From Girardia tigrina (lineage: Eukaryota), in the NCBI GenBank assembly GCA_001938485.1, contig MQRK01225287.1, positions 62,001 through 117,665 on the forward strand: a stretch of 55,665 nucleotides of DNA, given 5' to 3'. Made by a program: the position numbers and the translations under genes. Below, piece after piece: positions 12,530 to 24,700 of the stretch. A model generated the notes under the pieces. The model did not search any database and was not told where the DNA came from. It saw only the letters and a list, made by a program, of their open reading frames with translations. The first letter of the stretch is position 1. The number at the start of each line of letters is the position of its first letter.

Positions 12530-13305
12530 CGAATAGGAGCTGCAATAGTATTCATTTCTATTTTTATAGCCTTTTTTACCAGATTATCGTAATTTGTATA
12601 GTCCACATAACAAAGTGCTGTTCTTATATTATTTTGAACTCCAGCCCAAAACTGATCTTCAACTATCTTTTTTGTTTGTTCTGTCCGATTTCTCTTTTCT
12701 CCAAACGCTTTTTCCGCAAGTGTGGATAAATGAAAAGCGAATTCACCAACTGATTCCTCTGCATTTTGAATTCGAGAATAAAACTTTTCCGTATGATTCT
12801 ACCAACATCGCCACTTATTATTTTTTCAGCCATTAAATCTTTCATATTTGCCCAAGTTTCAACTCCATTTGATTAAAAACTTCTCTAGCTGCACCTTTTA
12901 AATATAACGGTAATCTTTGAATCATTATTTTTTTCGGCTCATCCATACGCTGTAGCAAACATAAAATATTCTATCATAAAATCTACGAATTCTACGGGTC
13001 TCCCCATATTGATTTACAGGTAACTTTTGACAACTCGCAAAATCTATATTATTCTCTATATTTTCTGCCATCGTTTCTTTTTTAACTTTGTTTCCAATTT
13101 CTAAAAAGATAATTAGACGTTTTGATACTTTTTTCGAAATTTCAATTTAAAAATATACCCTTTTTGTTTTAAGAACAGAGGGCTCACCAAATATATTTAT
13201 GTTGGGTATTAAAATCTTTAATCTTAAATATTTACTTTTTAAAACACAAATCTTTAATCTTTAATCGTTAATCTAACTCCAATTAATCATTAAGGACTTC
13301 CAACA
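12530..13305 (-). mobile_element. 5' part of an LTR retrotransposon: short LTR, PBS and decayed gag
   Basis: TGTTGG...CCAACA box at 13200-13305, PBS-like TGGTGAGCCC on the minus strand near 13180-13189, and gag ATG near 13071 with QRLPLYLKGAAREVF, RIQNAEESVGEFAFHL and EDQFWAG. Confidence 0.7.
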
Positions 13306-13639
13306 TAAATATATAAATAATAAACACAAATTCTTTTATAAAACTTTGTTTTAAAATAATAAATAAAAATAAATTTTTATAATAACTTTACTTGACGCCT
13401 TTGTTTTTGTTTTTTGTTAAGAGAATTTTTTTGGGTAAACTAAAATAAATTTGCTGCTGTTTATATAGTGGTTTTCATCAGCCTTAAAAATTGATAAAAT
13501 AAAACAAAGACTAAAATATTTTTAATTTTCAATTCCAAATTTTGTTAAACTAAATATTATTTTATTTGAAATTAATAATTTTACAAAAAGAATTATTTTT
13601 AATTTTTTTTCTACATAAAATTTTATCAAAAATGTTCAT

Positions 13640-14460
13640 ATGTATTTTTCGAAACCCTAATAATATTAATGGATATCAATACATACTCGCGATAATCAAT
13701 CAATTTAGCAGATACATTAGTTTGAACGTAGTGGCTCCTCAAGATGAGAAAACCGTTCGAAAGGTTTACTACACAAATGGATTTGGAAATTCGGATCACT
13801 AAAAGAAATGCATGTCGGTAGAGGGAAAACTTTCGAGTCAGCACTTTTTAAAGAAACAGTGAATAGATTTAAAGCAGGGATATGTATATCCCAGTCCATA
13901 TCACCACAATATCAATAGAATATTGGAGAGATTATTCAGAATAATTAGAGATACCATGAATATACAGATGAAAGACGAAGACCACAAAGATATGTCAAAA
14001 ATCCTGTCAGAAATAGAGTTTATGCTAAAGAGCACATTTAAGCAACCACAGGGACATCTCCAGCATAAATATTTTTTGGTAGGAAACTAAGATATTGATA
14101 GAAAAACTCCTAGGAAAAGAGGCATGTCGAGAAAGAAATGAATAAAAACACGACACAGACGAAACGAGTATTCCGAATTGGAGATAAAGAGCTTATAAAG
14201 AAAGAAAACGTAACAAAGAATGAGGATCGATATATGGGTCCATCCGCAACAAAGGACCGACGATTTGAAAGAAGTTACTAGATACAATTAGATGATGGTA
14301 GAATTTCGTTCACCAATGTGGAATGGCTAAAGCAATTTAAATCGAGGGGGATGTGAGGAATATTTTAAATTTGGTATGTTGAATTTTGTATGTTGAGTTT
14401 AGTATTTTGGAATGTATTTCTCACACCCAGATGGAAAATTGGTATTTTGGACGTTCGCGA
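13640..14460 (+). mobile_element. Gypsy integrase relic with PPT and start of 3' LTR
   Basis: YQYILAIINQFSRY...KWIWKFG...GRGKTFES, then polypurine GAGGGGGA (14344-14351) followed by TGTGAGG at 14352. Confidence 0.75.
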
Positions 14461-14479
14461 TTATTCGAGTATGAATTCG

Positions 14480-15451
14480 ATTGAACGTTCCCTTGATGGA
14501 ACTTTTTGGTAAGCACTACTGTAAGGAAGAGGCTGTGGTAGAATACCAGTTTTTAGTATGTTCAACGAAGTGTCATGATCAACTGCATATTCTAAAAGAA
14601 ATATGCTTGAGAATGTAATGAGTGCTTTTAAACTCATAATGATAGCGATATGATCGGTCATATCAAAGTGTGTACTGAAACAGAAGCCCGTATAGTTTTG
14701 AAAAAAGATGATTGGTCAATTACAAAGTCAGCATTGCAAGATTTTCAACAGATTTTGTATGCTCGAAGAGCACATGAAGCAAAAGCCTTGAAGGTTTCAT
14801 AATTTTGGTGTAAGAAATGGGAACCAAGTTCCTTTCTACAAGCAATGTCCAGATACAAATTCATGATAATTCTTCGATGCATACGCCTCGACAAAAGAAG
14901 CTAACGAAGTCAGAGATTAAAAACGGACAAATTTACTTTAATTTATGTGATATTGACCATAGTTATCCAAAATTATCAGACTTGTTACAAATCTGACGTG
15001 AATCTTACAATTGATGAACAATTGTTTCCAATCAAAACTAGATGCCGTTTCACCCAGAATATGCCAAAAAACCGACAAATCTGGCATAAAAGGATTATAT
15101 GATCAGATCATTTACAAAACTGTATAAATCAGACAATTACGTTCTCACAATTTACAAATAAAAACCAAACAAAAAAGTATTATTCCCAGTTCTAAACACA
15201 AAAATGTGAAAATATAAAAAAAATGCCAAATTGGGTTATGTAAGAAAAATAGGTCGAACTCTCTTTGTGTTAAATGTAATAACTACGTAATCGGAAAAGT
15301 ACATCAAAAATAGAATTTACATGTTAAAAATGTATTGAAGACAACAGTAAATAAAAATCTGTAACACTGTGTTTTAATATTAATTTTAAGTATATCCGTC
15401 AAGAAGACGGAAATCAGTAAAAAAGGTATGAAGTCAATGTCGAATCTAGTG
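14480..15451 (+). mobile_element. piggyBac transposon relic (internally deleted)
   Basis: AMSRYKF..ILRCIRLD and LTIDEQLFPIKTRCRFTQNMPKK motifs. Right end ...CTAGTG is followed by TTAA (15452-15455). Confidence 0.8.
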
Positions 15452-15784
15452 TTAAACTAATAGGTACAATTTTTTTTTGAAATCTGTTTAAAGTATTGAT
15501 AAACTAATTTCTTTGTTAACCATAATTGAAACTAGTCAATAACAAAATAATATGCTTTCCCTAAAATATTTATCTATGTACGTCGCTGAAGTATAATCCG
15601 ATATACATTTCAATATTCTTATAAAAATGCTTCATTGTGCGTCCATATTTTTAGACATTGTAAAGTATACCGCTAAAAATAGTTGATAATCAAATCAAAT
15701 CTTTTATTTAAAAAAATATATACCAAAACATTAATAAATTAAAGGTAAAAATAAATAACTAAATAACTTTATTTAGATAACAAA

Positions 15785-18700
15785 TTAGGCTTTCTGTGGA
15801 GGTTTTTTAATCCGTACAGAAAATCCTTCACCGGTTTCCCGATAATGTGAGCGACGCTCCAAATATAAATCCGTTATCTTCTGTGAGAACTTTTCGTCGT
15901 AAAACCTGAAAGGCCATGGCCATGACATCAAAGTAAGTTTAATATGTTTTTAGACTATTTTTTCTATTGCTTATCATTTTCAACAGATTTTGAAATTTAA
16001 TTTTTACTATCATATTTTAAATGACTTCAAATACTTTTCATAAAAACAATTCGACATTTTTTTAGTTTTTTCTGTAATAAAATATTGATTTTTGATTGTT
16101 GTATTGATAATACAAAAAGATTAATATTTTAAAATTAAGAAATTAATTAATTAATTAATACTTTTAAAAATCTATGGTTATATTTGGAAAGTTTGTATTT
16201 TAACACGAGTAATTATCATGAATTGACTTGTTATGATTTTGACTTGCTTATTGTCGGTTTTATTTTTCAAACTTTTTTGATTAATTAATCCATTAATTGG
16301 TAAATGTTTTGATAAATATAAAATTTGATTGAGAATGAATAAGTTATCGAAATTTCAGCTATATCCGATAATGAAAAGTGAGAGAAATGAGAGCCGAAAG
16401 AATTGTCCCAAACAGAAAGGCAAACTCTGCGAATGAATATATAATGGGATAAAAAACAACTCCTTTAAGTTCCCCTAGAGTAGTTATTTTAAACGGGTGT
16501 TTCGATCTCGACATATACAAATTTTTTGATACTTTTGAAAAATGATAAAAAAATTTGAGGTTTTTATAGCCAAAAAGAAAATAATTCCAAAGAGGTAGAG
16601 TGTTAAATGATAAGTAAGATCATGTGTTACATTACAACCAAATCAATATTATCCCATCACAAATCAATTAAACAAATTTTTTGCAATAAATATTTTTCAA
16701 TTGTATTACCTGTCATACTATACTTATGGACATGTAATGTCTTATGCAAGAATCTGTTGTTTATCTTAAGTTGTGAATTATTAAATGTCACATGATCCTC
16801 GATGACACTGCTTTTCGTGCAATCAACAGAAGCTTTTCGTTCAATCAAGGGGTTACTACTGAATTTTATAATACAGATCCAGTAATATTATTAATACTGT
16901 TAGTTGCGTTTATATCGTTCTCAATATTGGAATTAGAATTCATCGAAATTTTTATTAGAACAAATTAATAATTTTTATTAAAAACAAATTTAAACAAAAC
17001 TTCACTTTCTTTTGATAATCCATTCGCCGAAATTTACCTTAATTTTCAAATTCTGATTAAATTTTTCAAAACATAAACTTAAAAATAATATTTAATTTGA
17101 TTTTAATTTAAAATTAATTAAAATTTATTCCAAAATAATATTTATTGTTAAAATTTAAGAAAACATTTTATTCTGAAATATTACAAATTAATTTACAGCT
17201 CAAATTTATTATTTTAAAAAAATATATACTTTAAAATATAATTTATTTCAACTATATTACAAAAATTGATTTAACATTTAATTTTAAATATTTTTTTAAA
17301 AAAATTTAAATTATGTTTTAAAATTTTAATCATTTCAAAATTACAAAAAAAATTTTTAACGAAAAGAAAATTAACTAACCCGTCATAAATACAATTAACT
17401 AATGAAATTAATCCTGTTACCCACACTATTGTTTCCTTCTTTATTGATTTTAAGAGAGTTTTTTAAGTAAACTTTTAATTTTCAAAAACATACTTAATAT
17501 TGTATATTCAAAACCAGAATCAAATAACATATTACTATTATCTTTTTTTAATTAAAATTTATCATGAATATTGGATAGAAAAAACTTTCCTTATAACAAA
17601 GAATATATTTCCGTATACTCGGAATATTTTCTGCAAAGTTTGGAATACTTTCCTTGGGATTTGAAATATCGTATTTTTCCGTGTACGACCTTTTAAATAA
17701 ATAAAAGACCCCCTTTATAGCAAAATTTAATGAACATTTAAAGTGAATTTTCAAAAATTAGTAAATATTTGAAATATTTCTCCAACACAAAAGATTTCAA
17801 TTTATTTTCTGGAATGAATTAAGGTACTTTTTGAACTTTTTTCCAAAATTGCACACCAAAAAATAAGGGGGGGATCTTATACACGGAAAAATACGGTACT
17901 TTCCATATATGAGAAGTTAGTTAAAATTTCATCTCGCCAAATATTTTTTTAGAAAATTCAAAATTTAATATTATAATCTCAAAAATTAAAAATGTTCATC
18001 ATTATGATGTCTAATTTTAATAGTGAAAATAACATAAAAAAGGAAATATATATGGTTAGTTGCGTTTAAAAAAAACGAGTTAAATTTTATACTTAACAAA
18101 ATAAAATGTGATAATTACAAAATGACGTTCCAATCTATGTATTATCATGTACTATCAATAAAAAATAAATAAAAATGTCTTGCTTGAATGACAATTGCTG
18201 ATTTATTTACCGCTTTATACATAAGAAATATGAAATTATATAATAAAGATAATTAATTATATAATTGAAATCAAGTTAAAATAAAGTAAGAATTAATTAA
18301 TAAAATTAAATGATGTTTTAAAAAAATAGGAATTTAAAATAGTGGTTTGAATAGTTTGACCATTGTTCATTTTCTTCGGTGAACAATTATTTATTTATTC
18401 GTCTAGTCAATTATTATTGTTTGAATGTCGAGACCGAGTGGGAAAGTGGTTGGTTCGGGTGGTTGAATTATTGATTATTTTGACGAATATTTTGCTGAAA
18501 CGAACTTTGTCAAATATTTTACTAAAACAAATTTTGTTCAATGATTTTGCTGATACGAAATTTATTGAATAATTGACTTAAATGAATTTTTGATATAGTA
18601 CGAATGGAGCGGAGAATTGCCGATTTGACCGAACATTTTTGCCAGTTTCAAGGAAAATTCAAAAATAAAATATAAAATAAAAATATAATTAAATTAATAA

Positions 18701-21700
18701 AATAATTAAATAAATCCTTTAATTAAATAAATAAAGTAATTAAATAAAAACTAATTTAAATTAAATTAAGAAATTAAATAAAATAATTAAATAACTTTAA
18801 AAAATTAAACAATAAATTAAATAAGTAAATACATACTTCATAAACAAAATAAGTAATTAATAAAAAAGAGAATTTGTCAATTAAATAAAAAGTCTTCAAA
18901 AAGATATCTTTGTTTACGAATAAATGAATTTAAAGAAATTTTGAATGAAAGTTGAATTTTGAGTTGTATTAAAAATTTTGAAAGAACAAATAAAATATTT
19001 CAAGTTGGAAAATAATTTTTGTCTTCATTTTCAATTCTACGTAAACTTAATAATGATCTTGCTGACAAATTTAAAAATAAACGATGGATTGGTGTTAGCG
19101 ACTTCAATGCAAGAAGATGAAAAGATTAAAAGTTTAAATAATCATCAAAATCAAGTGAAAACATTGTTTAGAAAAATGACTAATTTGTCTCACTCAGTTT
19201 GTTCCCTTGAAAGTGATCAATATATGTTTTATTATTTGATGAATAGAGAAATTTGTTGTATCATCTTAACTAAAAAGAAATTTTCTAAAAAGGTGGCATT
19301 TGCATTTTTGATTGATATTATAGGTGAATTTCATAATAAATAAGGCAGTACATTTGAAATTGTGTTGAGACCGTATGTATTTATTAAGTTCGATAAAGAT
19401 ATTCAAAATTCACAAAAGAATATACAGTCACCCGAACACCAATAACTTTTAATCAAATTAATTATAATTTGAATGATATTCAAAGAATTATGGTGAAAAG
19501 CATTAACGATGTAATTCTACGAGGAGAATCTCTAAGTGCTTTAGATGATAAATTGACAGACAATTCTTCTCTTTCCAAAACATGGAGACACGGCTTCCTG
19601 TCCAACGAAGTTTAATGAATTTGAGTTAATAATTTACTGCATGAATTTCGCTAGCAATTTAATTTTGGCTAAAATTTTTGTGAACGCAATTTTCTTTAAA
19701 TATGAATTTTCGTTTTGAAAGACTTATTTTGTTTATTTTTCAATTGATATTAATTATTTTTAACGATTAAAAATAAAATACTATCACTCGAGCCGAATAA
19801 ATGTTGAGAAATATGAAAAAAACAGTTATCTAAAATATGGATCCAGCACGAACAAAAGCAATGCAAAACGTACCATGTCTCTCCTACCACTTGTCAGTCT
19901 CTATGGAAACCTGAGAACTGTATCGAACAAAAATAATAATAACGAAATGATAAGATTCTATAATAAATTTAACTTTTGGAATTAACAATTAAAATAAATT
20001 TTAATACAACTTTTTTTAGAAAGAAAAGAAATTTGAACACATTTATTCTTCGAAATACAGGCATTTATTCAAGTCTTCAGTCATCTTTCAGTCAGTTTCT
20101 CGATTCCACGAGTATACCCCTGTGTCGTTTTAGAAGCAATGAAATCGCGGCACCCTTGTCCAACCTTTTCTACTGAATTGAAATGCTGCCATTTTAGAAA
20201 ATGCACCATTGCCCGAAAGAAGTGGTAGTCGCTGGGACAACGTCAGGACTGAAGGCACGGTGTGGCAAAACTTCGATCCCCTGCAGATCTTGCACTTTAC
20301 CACCAGTCAAACGTGCAGTGTGTGCCGGAGCGTTGTCTTGTTGTAGAAGAACTCGGTTAAGATTGACTAATGCCGCGTAAAGCTCAAAAAAGGATGGCAT
20401 AGACTCTGTCCAGCTGCTGAGTGTAGAGGTTGGCATTCACAGTATGCCCCTCCGGAACCTGTTCGAAGTGGATGACTCCCTCGAAATTCCACCATACACA
20501 GAGCATAATTTTGCAGTCAAAGCGTCCTTATTTAACCACGCGTTGGGCTGGCACACCAGGGTAGAGCCACTGATTCTCCTTGTTGGGATTTCAGAAAAAT
20601 ATCCATTTTACATCCCCCGTCACGATACTTCTAAAGAAGCAGATGTCATGGGATGAGCAAGCAATTCTTTGCAGAGAGCAAGTCATTGTTGTGCTTGAGT
20701 GGCTGTCAGTTCGTGAGGAATTTGTCGACACCGTCTATCGAGAAGGCCAAGGTGATGAAGATGACGTTGAATAGTGGAGTGTGAAGGACCGAGATCTGCT
20801 GATAATTTCACGTAGGTGCAGGGTTGCTCCTCTACATCTTTACGAATGTGCCAACATCAACAACAGATGGCCACCCAGAGCGAGATTGGTATACTAAACT
20901 GATGTCACCACTTGAAAGACGCTTGAACCACAATTGTGAGATACGAACACTGACCGTACCTTCACGTTCTACTTAACATATTGCCCGGGCTGCAGTAATT
21001 GCATTGAAGCCTTTTTTCCAGTAATGTCGCAAAAGGACTCGAATTCCGTATTTTTCGCTCTCCATAATCTGATAAGGATAAACGAACAAATGTTTAATGA
21101 ATAAACCAACATTATACATGGAGATTTGTCATGCAATACCATAATAATATAAAAATCAATTATGCCAAAATAGAACGAAAAAACGTTTGAATCACCCTAG
21201 AATTAAAAAGGCAGAAAAAAACAGTTTAAATGACATCAAATTGTGAAAGATCTTTTAATTTTTGAAAGAGTTTTAATGACTCTAAATGTGGTGTTAATAA
21301 ATGTTTTCATAATAATTGTGTCAGTACATTAGAGAGACGTACACGGTGTGGAATGTATAAACTAAAGGATCTGTAACCAACAATCCGAAGTTCTGACGTT
21401 ATAATCGTACTAAAGAAAACGTTGATATAATCTAATGTACTACCGGTAATTTATTATTGCAGTGAACGTTGAATGAATAAATGGCTCTATTTCGAAACTT
21501 TGAGGGATTAAAACACCTGCTTAAAATTTCATTACCAAAATGATAACACCCATAACTATGATTGCTTCCACTTTCTCATGGTGTTATAAAGAGAAATTAA
21601 ATAAAAACACATGACACAAGAACATTTGTACACCTTTGTATCTGATTTAAGATTTAAATCGGAACAGTGTCAATGGTTCAATACTAAGTGTGTTAATGCG

Positions 21701-24700
21701 TTTTTTGGTGATCCGTTCAGTCGAAGGAGAACGTATTAGAGAGACAAATATACCCCATAGATAAATGTAGTCAGAGTTATAAAACGAATATATGATTAAA
21801 AGGCATTTGATCAGAGATCACAAGTTGGGAATTCAGAATGACCAAGAGAAAGATTACACAGATTGAAAAAAATCCAGGAATCTTTTATGTGTTGATATAT
21901 ATTGTAAAATACCGGGATTAATATCAGATGCAGTGAAAGGTTTCAGGCTAAAAGACATAAAAGCGAAAGGAGAATTTTACGTTCTTTTCCCTGTTGTTCA
22001 AAAAATGTCGATTACACAAAGGACTGCAAAATAATGAAGCAATAATAACTGGTGTTTCGCGATAAAATTTAATTTAAGTAAATTTAATCTAAAATAATCT
22101 CTTAACCTGCGAGACAATATCAAAATATTGAAAACTGTTGAATCGTCCTTACCGACAATTTCGGCACAAGTTTTTCAACAGCCTTATCATTATTATTTTG
22201 CTTCACATCATCAATTGTTGCAATCAAATGTTTCTCATGCTACGTCTCTGTGCTATTTAAACTGCTCAAAAATCATCGAAAACCGATTTTTTCAATTTTC
22301 ATGAATTTTGTCAACGATTTATTTTCGATAAAATCACAAATTTAATAACAGATGAAAGTATTGGGTTTTCGAAAATCGTGTCTTCGATTTGTTTAATTTT
22401 GTTGATACTATCGATGATTAGTTTGTTGTTTGATCGAAGTAATTTTTTATGATTGGCGCGGACTTTAGTTTGCATTTAAATGAAAAGTCGTCATGAATGT
22501 TTTGTCTGTATTGTATTGATTAATAAATAAATAAATAGTTTGCAAATTCGAATTTTTTGCTCGTTTGGTTTTTGATTGTGGAATATATTAAGAAAATTAA
22601 ATGTCTGATGCTCAATTTTCGTCGTTGTCGCCAAATTCCTCAAATGATTTATCAAATCGTTATAACGAAGAAAATGATTAAAATGATCAAGAAACTTTGA
22701 GTATTATTTCTAACATTGATGATAAAAATGTAGCTAATCTGGATGACTTTGATTATCTGTATGATAAAGTAAAAACTGATCCTTTTCTGTCGGATTTTAT
22801 GAGAGAGGAGTGTGAAGATGGCTATTATTTGGCAGAATCTCTGAAAATACCTCAATTATATAATGATTTACCGGGACAGCATTTTTCGGAAACTAATGAT
22901 ATCAGTGTTTTTTTCGATTTCTCATTACTAGGAGATAGTCTGGACGAATGTCTCACAGACGGAACAATGGGCCGGGGATCAAAAATGTTAGAAATTATTT
23001 TTCCCCCTCGAACCGGAATTCATCCCCTAACACCAGATCGTCGCGGCCATGCAACCGCTGCGCCGCCCACTCTGCTATCAACTGGTCTTTCCTACTTGGT
23101 AAACCAAAATGGACCACAAGCCTGAAAGATCGCTAACCTACATCTGAGGCCGTAGGTATCTGAGACGACCTCTGTATCTGATTTAAGATTTAAGTCAGAA
23201 CACTGTCAATGGTTCAATACTAAGTGTGCTAATGCGTTTTTTGGTGATCCGTTCAGTCGAAGGAGGACGTATTAAAGAGACAAATCGACACCCAAAGACA
23301 CAGATTTAAGCATATTCACAGTCGAAAAAATCGAGTAAAATTTCGAATCATTGCAATTGATTAACCTCATCTATTTCAAAGGATGAGTTTGCTATTCTTC
23401 AAACTAACTTTGATTCGCATTATGAAGTGATTGTATTGTGAATCATTATTAATCAGACACTATAACCAGTGTCATTGATTAACTTCCAAAATGAGAAGAT
23501 TAAAGTAGCGTCAATATTCAAAATTTTTAATTAATTTTGTTAAAGAAAATAGACTATAATGTTAATCTTAGATGTTCTTGGAACATCCTCGGAATTATGA
23601 TTACAAATTATTTGCGAAATTCAAATTTTATTATAATAAAAAAATGTTGTAAACTAATTTGAAACAAACTTTTTTGAGAAAAAAATTGTTATCTAAATCT
23701 TAAACCGGTATAAATAAAAATACTTATAATATTAATATTTGATTTTATAAATTTTGTTTTTTAAAAATTTTATCAATTTTAAATTTAAAAAATATTCCCT
23801 GGTATCAGATCATGCAATTGCATATTCAGATGATGTCATGACATATGAAATCACCGGACTTTGAACTTAGGTTATGCAATGAGACGTGACAGCATCGTAG
23901 TTCGATATTATTGAATGTAGTGAGGATTAGCGTCACCTTTGGAGAAGAACAGAGTTTGGAGTGGCTCTCATCATTGACAAAACCAAGTTCGGGCTGCAAA
24001 CACTCAATATTAATTGTTTGTTCGGTATCCTGCTTTTTAATATTTGCAACATTACCCTAGATAGGCGCTACCTGAAATTGTCCAATCTAATGAGGCTTCA
24101 TACGATGGTTATGTTTTTCACCGCCCCAGATATATTAGGTTGGTCGAAAAATAATGGCGGTTTTTGAGCTTTATACTTTGTTTATCTACATTTATATGTA
24201 TATAAGTTTAAATGCATTAGTGTTAGATATTATTTGAAATCTTATGCCTAGCTGTATATTCCTATAGCCATTATTAACATATTGCTGTTATTTTTTAGAA
24301 TATTTACGGNNNNNNNNNNNNNNNNNNNNNNNNNNNNNNNNNNNNNNNNNNNNNNNNNNNNNNNNNNNNNNNNNNNNNNNNNNNNNNNNNNNNNNNNNNN
24401 NNNNNNNNNNNNNNNNNNNNNNNNNNNNNNNNNNNNNNNNNNNNNNNNNNNNNNNNNNNNNNNNNNNNNNNNNNNNNNNNNNNNNNNNNNNNNNNNNNNN
24501 NNNNNNNNNNNNNNNNNNNNNNNNNNNNNNNNNNNNNNNNNNNNNNNNNNNNNNNNNNNNNNNNNNNNNNNNNNNNNNNNNNNNNNNNNNNNNNNNNNNN
24601 NNNNNNNNNNNNNNNNNNNNNNNNNNNNNNNNNNNNNNNNNNNNNNNNNNNNNNNNNNNNNNNNNNNNNNNNNNNNNNNNNNNNNNNNNNNNNNNNNNNN

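Noticed and set aside
492-22985. Stop-codon reassignment (in-frame TAA in the 851, Sec22 and 22601 ORFs)
   Set aside because: CMC1 and the Pro/Ser-rich gene end in TAA and have no internal TAA/TAG. Sec22 also has a frameshift, so pseudogenisation explains the stops.
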